Origin: Podarcis liolepis
Lineage: Eukaryota
Length of the DNA: 64,000 bases
Assembly: GCA_965112155.1 (NCBI GenBank)
Contig: OZ218105.1
Strand: one strand, 5' to 3'
Below the pieces are notes generated by a model, which was not told the origin of the DNA, did no database searches, and saw nothing but the letters and a program-made list of their open reading frames with translations. Positions within the stretch are counted from its first letter, which is position 1, and every line of letters begins with the position of its first letter. Position numbers and translations under genes: made by a program. Below are positions 13,486-26,250 of this stretch, piece by piece.

Positions 13486-14472
13486 TACATATACTGACTA
13501 GATTTTTTTCACTGAAAGTTCCATGAACAGCAGATTAGACTGAATTTCACAGGATTATCAGAAAGCAGAGTTGCCCTTGCAAACTGGCTACACTAAAGTT
13601 GCACACCAGAATCACATTATTCATTATGTTTATATATACCAAAATGTGATTCCCTCCCCCTGCCCCCATTTCATAAAAGAAATTGGAAGACTAGCATGTA
13701 TTGCACATTCTTATGTTTCAATTTTTTGATAAAAATGTATTCTCCCTCATTCTGAAGTTCTGCTTCTAATTATTTGTCCAAATAGGAAACCCCTGAAAAA
13801 GAGGTATATCTGATTCATTACACTTTAATTTATGTGCAGCATATTCCAGAGCATTTATAGTTAACTGTTGCCATCAGTTAACCACCTTCTGACTTTCTCA
13901 ATCAAATCCTAATAAGGTCATGCTATACCCAGTTATCTGGGTTTTTGCACAGATTTAAAATTAGCACAGTAAATTACAGTGAACATATTTTACATGATCT
14001 GTGAAATCAAGATCAATAGTTCCAGTCTTCCAAATATTTCCTTTTGAAGCCTACATCAATGTTTTTCTCCTTTCTGATTTTGCCGGGCCAGGCACAAATT
14101 CTGTTTCCAACAGAAATAGCAGCTATAACGTCAATTGCATACTTGGATAGTGAGCATCATGCCTCCCACAGAAGTACCGAGGGAATCAGAAGATGAATTT
14201 TACTTTAAACAAATGGTTACATAATGACAAAACACTTACACTGTCAGGCTCTGACTTGGAGGTGCCACAGTGCAAAATCCAATATATTTTCATTAATAAT
14301 TTAGAGTGATTTGTGATCTCTGCCATAAAGCACTCTATTTTGCTAACTCAGTGAATATACTTCTATGCTTCTGTGGGAGGGGGGCAGGGGAAGGTACCGT
14401 AATCAATTTGAGATAATCAGAGCACTGGATATGTTTTAGCCTCTATGGACCTAAGTACACAATCTATGCTAT

Positions 14473-14805
14473 CAGGGTTGCAGAACCCAAGGCCCAGGGT
14501 CTGTACCAAGGCAGGGCACACACTCTCTCATTGATCCTGCTCTACACTCATCTTCAAGTGCTCTAGCCTAACTGGAACACGTCCTTGGACTTTGATGATG
14601 CCTCTTGCTTAACTGGACAGAAAGAGGTGTAAAAACCTTTGTCTTTTGCATGGCTGGAATAATAACCTACGATACCCAGAAAATAGATGCACCCATTGCC
14701 TCCATTCACTTTTGCCCCTGGCCACACACACTACTGTCCTACGGCCTCACGGAGGTTCTTCACAAGGGAACACAACCATCGGGTTGCAAATGGCTCCTCA
14801 CCCCT
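14473..14805. mobile_element. Old hAT-like MITE
   Basis: Starts CAGGGTTGCAGAACCCAAGGCCC and ends ...GGCTCCTCACCCCT, resembling decayed CAGGGG..GAACC TIRs. No clear TSD. Confidence 0.4.
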
Positions 14806-15502
14806 CGCTCTTATCTTTTACGCTTGTTACATGGAGGAGCCTGCAGCAAGGCAGCTCAGTTGTTGCAGCACCATGGAGAGTTCTGAGTGAGCGACTTGCT
14901 CTAACAAGGACTGGAAGTGAACCGAGTTCTTGCAAGTCTGTCTCCAGTCCACATCACTTAGGCTCTTTCCCTGTTTCCAGGACTAGAGGTCCTTAAAGGC
15001 CTAACCCTCTGTCTTGAAGAAAGGCACCTCTTCACACAAAAGCCATGCATGTTTCAAGGCTAACGAATGAATTAATTTATGCAGAATAATTGACAGTAAC
15101 ATACAGCTCATGTTTCAATACAGCTTATGAAGTAGCATTTTCTTCTACTAAAAGAGGGAGAGAACATCCTGGATGCGTTCAGGACTCCTAGAAATCAGAT
15201 GGACAGACACAAACATGAACAAGGGATGCATGAACATCCTGCAGCTTGCACCCAAAGTTTCAGCTTTTTGTGAGTGTTCAATCTGAACACACAGAAAGTT
15301 CAATGGTGCTCAAAAACATTCACTGTCATTACCATCTCCCCTTTCTTCTGTCCCTAAAGATCCTAAATGCACTTGGATGACAGAATGAAAATGGAAGGTA
15401 GAGGATGCTGTCCAGCCCATGATGAGCCATTTTCCCTGGCAAAATAAATCATGTAAATTGTGTCAGTTTCCAATGAGGGTGCTAGCACTGGCTATCGTTG
15501 TT

Positions 15503-15565
15503 GTTATTTTATTTGTATCCTGCCCATCTGACTGGATTTCCCCAGCCACTCTGGGTGGCGTCCTA
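15503..15565 (-). mobile_element. L2 3' tail fragment
   Basis: TTTATTTGTATCCTGCCCATCTGACTGGATTTCCCCAGCCACTCTGGGTGGC is the inverted L2 3' UTR seen at 8640-8690. Confidence 0.75.
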
Positions 15566-16489
15566 TCTCTGGCAGTACAGTGAAGTGACTTCTGGCACCA
15601 CCTTCCTCTGCTTTGCCCCAGTTACATTTCTGGGTTCCTGGGGACAGGAAAGGAGGAAGTGGTGACAGTGCTTGAAAGGTTGGAAGTGAGCACAACCCTG
15701 ATTGCACCTCTACCCTGCTCACAAGATTTCAATCAGAGGTGCTCACTTTTGTTATTCTTTCTGCTCAAATTCTTGCAGCATCCCTAACAGGAATACAAAA
15801 GTTACGCCAATACTCATAAACTCATAGCAAGAAGATAATCACTTTTGGATCTGAGCATAACGGTAAGCCAACCAATTAGGTTAGAAAGAAAGACTTCACA
15901 ACCTGTCTCCTAACTTGGGCAGATTGAGAAATTAAGGAACCTAGTGGCATTGTGATGTGGCAACACCTCTTCACATTATGATATTGAAACCTTGGTAATA
16001 GAACCATTTGCTTATGTTGTGAATTTTGGCTCTGCCAAGTCACTATACAGTGATCTGGAAGCACTCACCCTCTTGTCCCTGGCCATTCACTGCATAACAT
16101 GCCAGTGCAAGGTGAGCAAATGGGCAGGTCTCACAAGGTCACAATGCAATGACTAGCATTGCCCTGATCCTTTTTGCTTACCACTTTGAAGCTCTAAGCT
16201 GAATGTAGCCAGGGACAGGAGACAATAGGATATGGCCTAGTTCCCTCCCCTTGGCCAAGGATAGCCTGGAATGGAAGTAAGCTTATACTGTGCCACTAGT
16301 CCATCTGGATAGGGAGCAGGAAAGAGAAATCCCTCAGCTGACAGTGGAAACTTCAGGCAGTCAGGTGCAGAGAAACAATCTCAAGGAATAGGTCTCACAG
16401 GCCTTTACCAACATTAGGCTGAAAGTTATGGTGCCCACTGTGGACCTAGTCACAGTGATCTATCCCTGCAGGCAGTGAGGCCTGAGCCA

Positions 16490-16620
16490 AGAAGGGAACA
16501 AACTGGACAAGACAAACTTCTGGGGTTTTGAAATTGGCCACAACTTTATTGATTCCAGATGTAGAGTGGATTTGGCTTAGGCACTGGGTATATATCCCTC
16601 ACAGCCCCCTGGAGAAGGCC
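16490..16620 (-). mobile_element. Inverted relative of the terminal-repeat fragment at 1-385
   Basis: GGCCACAACTTTATTGATT (16536-16554) and TTGGCTTAGGCA (16572-16583) are exact reverse complements of 291-309 and 261-272. Confidence 0.5.
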
Positions 16621-19600
16621 TGTCTCAAGACAGGGTCAAAGTGTTGGAGCTTCTATACTGAAAGTGTTGGAGTTTCTATACTGTCTTAAACAGCGAGTTA
16701 CAGTTCTGTGACAGTTCACTGGCAGGATGTGGGCTTTTTCCAGGGTGGTGGGGGGGGTTCCACCCCTTACATTTCATGTTACTCTTTTCTGATCCTCCCC
16801 ATCATTACATTTACTCTGTTTCCTTGAATAGGACAAGTGGGATACGTCAGATAAAAAGGAAATTGTATGGGGTGCTTTCTGTATGCTTCTACATTTTTAA
16901 AGCTTACATATAAATAGAATTGTTCACAATTTCAAAAACATATAAAAGCATTATCCTTACATAAGAATATGACAAAATTAAATGGAACTGCTCAGTAGTC
17001 TAATAGTCTAGAGTGCTACTTTGCAGAAGATAGCACTTCAATGGTCTTACAAGTCTTAAATTAGCAGCCACTATTTACAACATATGGCTTTGCAGAAGTG
17101 AGTCAGAAAAAGACAACAAAAGTAATTAAATTTCCATCTTCGCCCTTGGTCCTATTGTCTCATAGTTTCGAGTATATAAAGCTAATTGCTCAAGAATTCA
17201 GGAAAAGCAACACAATATTTTCTATACTATCCTCTTACTGGCTTACTATTGCACTATTTTATTAACAAGCATAATCATTGGAGAGTGGGTGCTTAATAGC
17301 AGCAGTCATCATCCTGCTTGTTTTCAGAACAACCCTGGAACTGGTGACACGCACATGGCAAGTAACTATGTCAATCACACACACATATTCTTATCCTTCA
17401 GCTGTTACAAGAACAGCAGTGGGGCTAGGGTGAATGGAGAAGCCAGGTCACAGTAACCCCCACACTACTGAGGTAACGTATGAAACAGCCTAAGGCCTCC
17501 CAGTGAATTCATATCACTGTTCCAATCTGAATCAGGAACATCTCAGCTCATTGTTTATTATCTTAGTCATTTCATTGCATGAGCATTCAATGGCTATGGT
17601 TAAAGAAAACCTAGGGGATTACATGATGAATTCAATGACTTGAACTAATGGAGAGTGTGTTAACTCCCATGAATGCTACTCAAATCATCCCTCCATTCAC
17701 AGTGGACACATGCCTAGATTCAATTGCCAGTATCCCAGAACAAAGAAATGACATAGTCAGTGATGAAAGCTCCTTGATCAGACTGCATTTGTAGATCCAA
17801 ATCCACTGAGGTTCTAGATTCAGCCAGCCATTACATGGATAGCATCCACTTCCATAGAGACTTCTCATTTCTAGAGGAGATGTTTCCACACACTCATCCA
17901 GTTAGATCAGGGCAAGTATATATCTAAAATATTTATCTTTTTTTTTAATACCACATGTTTTTAAAAAAACATTGGGGCAGGGAATTGAGAAGACCTAAAA
18001 CCAGAAATGTGAGGAGACAAAACCACAACGTTTCTAAACATTAACAGTGTGATGGATAATAAAATTTTCATTACTTGAAATTATGAGATGATGAGCTACA
18101 TAAAATACAGAACCATGAAGAAAGTGAAGGACATCCAAAACACGTAGTTTTAATGTTTGAGATTTTTCTGCTTTTTATTATGTTTTGAAATATAAGATAG
18201 TCAAAATAAGTGGGACCCAGAATTCACTTTCCAGTAACATAATTATGAGTGCTGTAACAAAACATCTGCTCCACTCTTCATTTTTCTTTTGGACTTTCTA
18301 CAGGCTTGAAAAATAGTTATGTACCATAAATATCCCTCTATGAGTCATTTCCTTAAGTGAACAGCTGCCTTCTAATTAGCCAAATGTTCTTCATTTTAAA
18401 TCATACAGCTAAATGAACAACCTGCAACAGGATGAAATCCAATGATTTTTTTAAAACATCAAAACAGCACAAACCTGCCATTTGTAGCAATCTGTAGAGG
18501 TCAATACACCGACTTCTGTTCCAATGGGTTTAAAATAATCTTCTCAATTGTTTGAACCGAAGAATGTTCTCCAGCACAAGATGAATCTAAAACAGCGGGA
18601 AAAGCACAGCCTTCAGAAAGTCTTGAATACAAACATGATCAGGAATTCTTTAGATTTAGTGATAATAATGGGAATAAAGGACACCACTCAGACAAATGTG
18701 GAGCACAATCATAATGAACATCTACTCAGAAGTAAGCCCTGCTGATTTCAAGTGTTTAATTCTAGGTAAGTGTCAACAGGATGGCAATTTGGAGCACATT
18801 AACTCATTTAAACGCTTACCTCTCACCTAGTATAGCTAAACTATGTAACTCTCTCCCTCAGGAGGCTTCAACAAGAGGTTGAACGATTCCTGGGGAATAT
18901 GACTCTCAGTGGCTACTAGCCACAAAGACTATATTCCACCTCCATTGTCAGAGCCATTACGCCTCTGAATACCAGCGGCAGGGCATCATAATATACGCTT
19001 AAAGTACAAATAATAAATTGAGCATCTTCAACTGTGTGCACTGCCAACCATGTGGTCCCAGGTACTGACATGGAGTCTGCTTCCCATTGCTCCACTCATT
19101 TGCCACTAAAAATACATGAAAGAGGTCTAGGATTAGATTAAATTTGGTTGCTATAAGAATAATCAGATAACAGATTTAAAATAAATGCAAAACATCAAAT
19201 TTTACTTTCAGTCCCACCATATGCTCATATCAAAGTAGATCTCTTCTCAAAAGCTGTGCTTCTGGAAAAGTGACCTATCTTCCTTTGGGGGGAAAAAAGC
19301 CAAAATAATCTGCATTCGTTTCTAAAGGCCATTTTAAGATATTTTGGGTGCTCTTGGCTGCCATGCTGCCTTTGCTTTATACATGGGTGGGAAATGCTAT
19401 TAGCTTTAATAAAGAATACAAAGAACTTTATTGGTTCAAAATGTGCTTAAAGTCTGACCCAAGTTTCCTTTCCTTTCCAAATATAAATTATGAAGCAGTC
19501 ATTAACCTTCATTGAAAAATGAATCACATTATTAGCTTCTTCACTGTGACAGAGGACACAGTTTCTTTTTTCAAAAGAACAAAGTGGACCCTAATGTAAA

Positions 19601-19751
19601 TCACTCAATTTGTATCAGCATATATATCAGGGAAAGTTAATATTTTGCATATGTGTGGAATATTTCATATTTGAGCTTATCGCAATTTGACCAAACCCCA
19701 AAGCACATCTACAAAGTGGTGGGGGTGATGATGATGATGATAATAATAATA

Positions 19752-21212
19752 GTTTATTTATACCCCACCCATGTGGCTGGGTCTCCCCAGCCACTTTGGG
19801 CAGCTTCCAACAAAATATTAAGATACAATAGTCTGTTAAACATTAAAAGCTTCCCTAAACAGGGCTGCCTTCAGATGTCTTCTAAAAGTCAAGTAGTTGT
19901 TTTTCTCTTTGACATCTGGTGGGAGGGCGTTCCACAGGGTGGGTGCCACTACCGAGAAGGCCCTCTGCCTGGTTCCTTGTAACTTGGGTTCTCGCAGCAA
20001 GGGAACCACCAGAAGGCCCTCAGCCCTGGACCTCAGTGTCCAGGCAGAACGATGGGGGTGGAGACGCTCCTTCAGGTATACTGGAATGAGGCCGTTTAGG
20101 GCAGGGGGTCAGCAAACTTTTTCAGCAGGGGGCCAGTCCACTGTCCTTCAGACATTGTGGAGGGCCGGACTATATTTTTTTGGGGGGAGGGAATGAATTC
20201 CTATGCTCCACAAATAACCCAGAGATGCATTTTAAATAAAAGCACACACTCTACTTATGTAAAAACACCAGGCAGGCCCCACAAATCACCCAGAGGTGCA
20301 TTTTAAGTAAAAGGGCACATTCTACTCAAGTAAAAACATGCTGATTCCTGGACTATCTGCAGGCCAGATTTAGAAGGCGATTGGGCTGGATCCAGCCCCC
20401 GGGCCTTAGTTTGCCTACCCATAGTTTAGGGCTTTAAAGGTCAGCACCAACACTTTGAATTGTGCTCGGAAACGTACTGGGAGTCAACGTAGCTCTTTCA
20501 AGACCGGTGTTATGTGGTCTCAGTGGCTGCTCCCAGTCACCAGTCTAGCTGCCACATTTTGGATTAGTTGTAGTTTCCAGGTCACCTTCAAAGGTAGCCC
20601 CACATAGAGCACACTGCAGTAGTCCAAGTGAGAGATAACTAGAGCATGCACCACTCTGGCTGGTAAACAGCTGCTGGCCACAGAATTGACCTGCGCCTCC
20701 ATGGACAGCTGTGAGTCCAAAATGACTCCCAGGCTGCGCACCTGGTCCATTCTGTCTTGTCAGGATTCAACCTCAATCTGTTAGCCGCCATCAATCCTCC
20801 AACCGCCTCCAGACACTCACACAGGACCTTCACCACCTTCACTGGTTCTGATTTGAAAGAGAGGTGGAGCTGGGTATCATCCGCATACTGATGAACACCC
20901 AGCCCAAACCTCCTGATGATCTCTCCCAGCAGCTGCATGTAGATGTTGAAAAGCATGGGGGAGAGGACAGAACCCTGAGGCACCCCAGGAGGAAGGAACA
21001 AAACCACTGTCTAACAGTGCCCCCAGCTCCCAGCCCCTCTTGACGGTCCAGAAGGATATGGTCGATGGTATCATAAGCCACTGAGAGATCCAGCAAAACT
21101 AGGAAACAACTTTCACCATTGTCCCTAGTTCACCGGAGATCATCAACCAGTGCAACCAAGGCAGTTTCAGTCCCATGATGAGGCCTGAATCACGACTGGA
21201 AGGGATCCAAAT
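19752..21212 (-). mobile_element. L2 LINE with reverse-transcriptase remnants, internally deleted and interrupted by a hAT MITE
   Basis: Minus-strand ORFs contain LDLSVAYDTIDH, GVPQGSVLSPMLFNIYM, HQYADDTQL, RLRLNPDKTE, SLGVILDSQLSM and HALVISHLDYC. The 3' UTR matches the copy at 8026-8756. Confidence 0.92.
20102..20423. mobile_element. hAT (Charlie-like) MITE inserted in L2
   Basis: CAGGGGGTCAGCAAACT ... AGTTTGCCTACCCATA termini. Perfect 8-bp TSD GTTTAGGG at 20094-20101 and 20424-20431. Confidence 0.9.
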
Positions 21213-22442
21213 AGCAGTGGAAATTCAAATTCTATTTGTCATATAGGTTGATTTATACTTTTCTACCTACCTTAATGAGAAGTTACCTCATTAGTTTCAG
21301 TCACACGAAAAGAAGGCACAGAAAATGAAGGGGAGCCTCTACCTAAGTGGAAAGTTCTAACTTGAAAATATGAGTGGAGCTAACAATCAAGGTCCTGGAA
21401 CAAGGAGACAATTGGAAAAGAAGTACAAATCTACTGTATTTTAGTGCTGAGTATTTTAATTTCCAGGTGTCAAGATTTTGAAAGCATATGTTTTGAACTC
21501 AAAGACCACAATATCCTCTTTATGAATATTATCCTGGCTGCCTTGTTAGGCATTAGCAATAGAAGGACATCAGAATGAAGTTTATGTGCAGATGACAAGA
21601 TGAGGGGAAGAATGCCTGATGGGTGTGGAGATTAAGATTTAGGAAGGTTATGGGAAATGGGATCTAGGAAGTATGACACACTAAGGGTAGCTGAAGGAAA
21701 GCAGTAGATAATCTAGGAAGAAGATACAGTACCTGGTTGAAAAATAAATGGTACAGGCAGAGTCACAAGAAAAGCCTCAAGAAGGCATGGAATTAAGAAA
21801 TAAGAAGCTAACTAAGATGGGAGTTAGACTTGGAGAAGCAAGGCAGACTTGGCATCAAAAACTGGTGCCAGCTACCTGCAGAAGTCTATCAGGGTGTATC
21901 ACCCTGCTAAGGCATTAAGATCTGCTGTGGATGCCCTACTTACTAGTCCATAATTGAACGGGCTTTGTATCTCTACAGCTCAAGAAAGGGCCTTCTAAGT
22001 CACCACTGAGATTGTCCTCCCTCTTGAAATCCAGCTGGCACCAACCCTGATTGGTTTACTTAGCTTTTTAGCCAGGCTTTGAATGATGTGGGTTGGCAAT
22101 GAATTGGACCACTGATAGATTTTAAAGCTTTTATTGGAATTGCCTTATACTTAGCTTCAATAGTTTGATGTTATATTTGGTATAACATCACCTTCTTTGA
22201 TGAAGGCCAGGTCAATAATGAACCAATGAATGAATGAATAACCAGCATCCTTGGACACCTGTTGAGTCCCAGTGCCCCAGCAGGGTCCACTCCTGCTGAT
22301 GCCCACCCTGGTTCCTCCACATCAGGTGTCTGGGTCTGCAAGCCAGCGTTTTAATTTTCTACAATGCCCCCAATATAGCACTGCTCAGTGGCATGTGGGA
22401 AATTAAAATTGTGGCCCATTTCCACCCACTGGATATGTTAGA

Positions 22443-23165
22443 GGCATTGTTCATGGATCATTGCCTTGTCGTGGCGAAGGGGCTTGAATAATTCAGAGAA
22501 GCTATGAGCTATGCCATGCAGGGCCACCCAAGATGGATAGGTCATAGTGGAGAGTTTTGACTAAACGTGATTCACCTGGAGCAGGAACCGGCAAGCCACT
22601 CCAGTATCCCTGCCAAGAAAACTCCATGGACAAAAACATCACCTTGCTGACAAAGGTCTGTATAGTTAAAGCTATGGTTTTCTCAGTAGAGATGTATAAA
22701 AGTGAGAGCTGGACCATAAAGAAGGTTGATCGCCGAAGAATTGATGCTTTTGAATTATGGTGCTGGAGGAGACTCTTGGGAGTCCCATGGACTCCAAGAA
22801 GAACAAACCTATCCATTCTTAAGGAAATCAGCCCTGAGCGCTCACTGGAAGGACAGAGTGTGAAGCTGAGGCTCCAATACTTTGGCCACCTCATGAGAAG
22901 ACTCCCTGGAAAAGACCCTGATGTTGGGAAAGATGGAGGGCACAAGGAGAAGGGGACGACAGAGGACAACATGGTTGGACAGTGTTCTCAAAGCTACTAA
23001 CATGAGGTGCTCGCTTCGGCAGCACATATACTCAAAGCTACTAACATGAGTTTGACCAAACTGCGGGAGGCAGTGGAAGACAGGAGTGCCTGGCATGCTC
23101 TGGTCCATGGGGTCACGAAGAGTTGGACACGACCAAACGACTAAACAACAACAATAACAATAATA
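22443..23165 (+). mobile_element. RTE/BovB LINE derivative, internally deleted (5' region fused to the ORF 3' end), with (CAA)n tail
   Basis: 5' part TGCCTTGTCGTGGCGAAGGGGCTTG...CCACTCCAGTATCCCTGCCAAGAAAACTCCATGG joined at about 22634 to ITLLTKVCIVKAMVF...ESWTIKK.DRRRIDAFELWCWRRLL.VPWT.RRTN.SILKEI.PE.SLEG...KLRLQYFGHLMRR. Ends GGGGTCACGAAGAGTTGGACACGAC..ACGACTAAACAACAAC. Confidence 0.9.
23007..23032 (+). pseudogene. U6 snRNA 5' fragment (nt 1-26), tailless retrocopy
   Basis: GTGCTCGCTTCGGCAGCACATATACT is identical to the vertebrate U6 5' end. Flanked by the direct repeat CTCAAAGCTACTAACATGAG (22987-23006 and 23031-23050). Confidence 0.92.
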
Positions 23166-24838
23166 AGGAAGGTACCTGAGTGGTTTAGTAATTTGGAGGC
23201 TTCAACATTCACATGCATCTCTCTTTACATGAATAATCTGCTGCAGCAATTCTCTTGTCAAGAGAAGAGTATTATAGAAAAGTGATTTGTCATCTTCTGG
23301 CATCAGAAAATTACTGACATCAGTTAGTTATATGTCATTCAGCTATGCAAGGCAGCGGCAACTCTTCAATTCTTGATGGAAGCTTTATGGGGGGAACTGG
23401 ACTTTTTATTTTTTTAATTATGAGAACTCATGGTTACAATATCTACTTGGCAAAAATTTGCTGTCACAATACAGAAACAAAACTTTTACCAAACCCCTCC
23501 TCCAAACAACTGATTATGAAGTGCACCTCAGATTTAGACTGTGTTGCTTTCCTTTGAACAAAGCCACCAGAAGGAATCACAAGTTATTGCTCATGGATGA
23601 CAAGTATAAGATTGCGGTAATGAAACCTCAAGGCTCACGTTGTCATTTGGAATTAAGATTAAATAACTTCAAATGTTGGTTTGTTTCCAACAGTATTCCT
23701 ATTTAGCTCTCCATCATTCACTAAGCATGGGAACACGCTCCTCTAAAGCTGAAATGTATTTCACTCCATCTTCACTAGCAAGAGACAATAACTTGATGTG
23801 GTAATTTGTTCATATAGGAGCTGAATTGCTTCACTAAAGATTCACAGTACAAAATGTGTTATTAAAATCCTGCAGCTACCATCTGTTAACTGGGAAAATA
23901 AGCTGAATCACAAACCTGTTAGGACCTTCATCCTTGCCAGTATCCATGATTCAATCACAAGGCTCATGATTTTATGATGCATATTTTCACTGCTGATGTA
24001 TTATATGATCTGCCCCTTTAGCAGAGGCATTCCCTTAAGAGTCAAGGGCCTGCAGCAAGCCTCCCTGCACTGCAAGGTCAGGCTCTTCCTTGATCAGGTC
24101 CTCTCCAGATGCCAAGTGCTCCTCTAATCAGTTCTTCCTTTTGTGCTCTTCCTGCGGCACATGCAGAGTGCTAATTAGGCAAGCACTTCAAGACACAGCC
24201 TGGCTCAGGGAGAGGCCTCCGTTGAACAGAGGCAGGTGGAGGGAATGTGAAAGAGACAGCAATGGAAACCTCAAGGCTCAGAGAAGAGAGAAGAACAAGA
24301 AGGAAATAACTAAGAAGACAAATGCAAGGGAAAACTGAACTGATGAGAGAGGCTGACTTCAGAAGGATTTTTCAAGAAGACTATCAGCCTTACCATACTT
24401 AAAACAACCCGCAATATATTCCCTTTTTACGCAGAATGACCATGAGAACTGTAGGGGGCTTAAAGTGGAATCATTACCTTAATGACATTATTTATTTAAG
24501 GGAGTTATTCATTACAGAAGTAGGTGAGTTTCCAAACCCCAAAATAATTGTTCTTATTCAGCTTATACATTTCTGACGCCTACAGTTTGTACATTACATT
24601 ATCCACAGGTGCCTGGCAGAAGTTTTTTTGCTGGCTATGACAAAAGTCACGGTTTCCCCATTCATTTCTTTGAAGCACCATTTAGAAAGGTGGAAGCTCT
24701 GCATTGTAAGGAAAGCTGGCTATGGCTCTGCCATCAGCATACACTATAGTAAGCCGAAATCAAAGATATAAAGTCCCACACACATTACATGTGAATGCTA
24801 GTTCCACCTTTCAATAAAGACCAGCTACTAAATCAAGG

Positions 24839-25193
24839 GGGGCATGGGTGGCTCTGTGGGTTAAACCATGAAGCCTAGGGCTTGCAGATCAGAAGGTCAG
24901 CGATTCGAATCCCCGTGATGAGGTGAGCTCCCATTGCTCGGTCCCAGCTCCTGCCCACCTAGCAGTTCGAAAACACATCAAAGTCAAGTAGATAAATAGG
25001 TATCGCTCTGGTGGGAAGGTAAACAGTGTTTCCATGTGCTGCTCTGGTTCACCAGAAGTGGCTTAGTCATGCTGGCCACATGATCCAGAAGCTGTACGCT
25101 GGCTCCCTCAGCCAACAAAGCGAGATGAGCGCCACAACCTCAGAGTCGTCCACGACTGGACCTAATGGTCAGGGGTCCCTTTACCTTTACCTT
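24839..25193 (+). mobile_element. Sauria-type SINE (lacertid form), full length
   Basis: tRNA-like head (GGTGGCTCTGTGGGTTAAACC ... GATTCGAATCCC), body TAGATAAATAGGTA, tail (CTTTAC)n. 13-bp TSD TACTAAATCAAGG at 24826-24838 and 25194-25206. Confidence 0.92.
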
Positions 25194-25966
25194 TACTAAA
25201 TCAAGGCAGATTTAAGAGTTTTTGCTTGGGGCAGAAGAAGACTTCCACTGTAATTAATTCATCACTGTCAGGTCAAATCCTTTGTCATCCATTTAGACTT
25301 CACTAGGAAGAACCTCCACCCACTGTATTTTTAACATGTGCTCATATTCTACAGGTTAGAAACCTTCTAAAGTTTATGTTCGAGACATACATGTTAAAAC
25401 ATGGTTGTGATACAGTTAAGCTGCCTCATATACCCATGTGAGAATATGTGTGTGCCTTCTCAGTTTCATGTGCAAAGTGGACATATGACTGAAACAATGA
25501 GTGGGAAAAGCACATGGTATAGTCTGCCAGAGCTCTTGACTCCTCAGAATTTAGGTGGAGACTGCACATTTGAAGACATCTCCATTGCAAATCCCCCTGG
25601 ACATGAACAAAACAAGCTGTATTTGCTCCAAGACACAAGCTGCTCAAGTGCAGGGAGCTTTTGATATAAAAAGCAACACACGTACCACACCAGTGTGCTG
25701 AAGTGGTGCAATCCCACACAAGCTGTAACACATCATTTCCCATATGTTTTCATTGGCTCAAAATCACTTAAGTTTGTTGCATTTCAAAAGGCTGTATTTG
25801 GAACATGCCCCTGTTGTTAACCATGCTTCACCGTCCCCCACCTCCTGTGTTCTTGCCCTTTAATGCTAAATTTGTATACTGTACATCCATTGTGTGTCAC
25901 AAAGGACATGAAGAAAAGCTTCTCAGCCAGAGAATCGGGGGGGGGGGGGATATCGCTGGAGCTTAC

Positions 25967-26132
25967 TTTGCCATGGCAACGAATGGAATTTAGAAAAGAA
26001 GCCAAATATAGATGACTGAATAAGGCTTGCTTGGTAACGTCACTAGATTTTTATTTTGTTTCTGTAAGCCAGGGGCTTCTACCACAAAAGGTTGGAGTCC
26101 TTAATTCATCTCTTATAATTATTTGAGGGAGA

Positions 26133-26198
<66 letters not shown>

Positions 26199-26250
26199 AA
26201 ACATTTCCAACTCCAGCATTTCTGGTTCAAGAAGATTTTTGCATGGCAAC
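25967..26250. promoter_or_regulatory. Candidate RFX X-box cluster with adjacent CRE half-site
   Basis: TTTGCCATGGCAAC (25967-25980), CTTGCTTGGTAAC followed by an overlapping CGTCA (26026-26042), and TTTGCATGGCAAC (26238-26250). Motif match only. Confidence 0.35.
26133..26199. repeat. Compound (AT)n(GT)n(GC)5(AC)n microsatellite containing a perfect 56-bp palindrome
   Basis: 26144-26199 is self-complementary (23-nt TG arm, (GC)5, 23-nt AC arm). The whole tract alternates purine and pyrimidine. Confidence 0.95.

Noticed and set aside
16638-16683. 23-bp tandem duplication (also short ones near 27627-27668 and 35919-35942)
   Set aside because: Ordinary local slippage or repair duplications with no further structure.
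23007-23032. Functional U6 snRNA gene
   Set aside because: Only 26 of about 106 nt are present, with no upstream PSE/TATA or T-run terminator, and it sits inside a LINE.
22502-23108. 147-156 aa ORFs as genes
   Set aside because: They are the BovB ORF C-terminus and its antisense frames.
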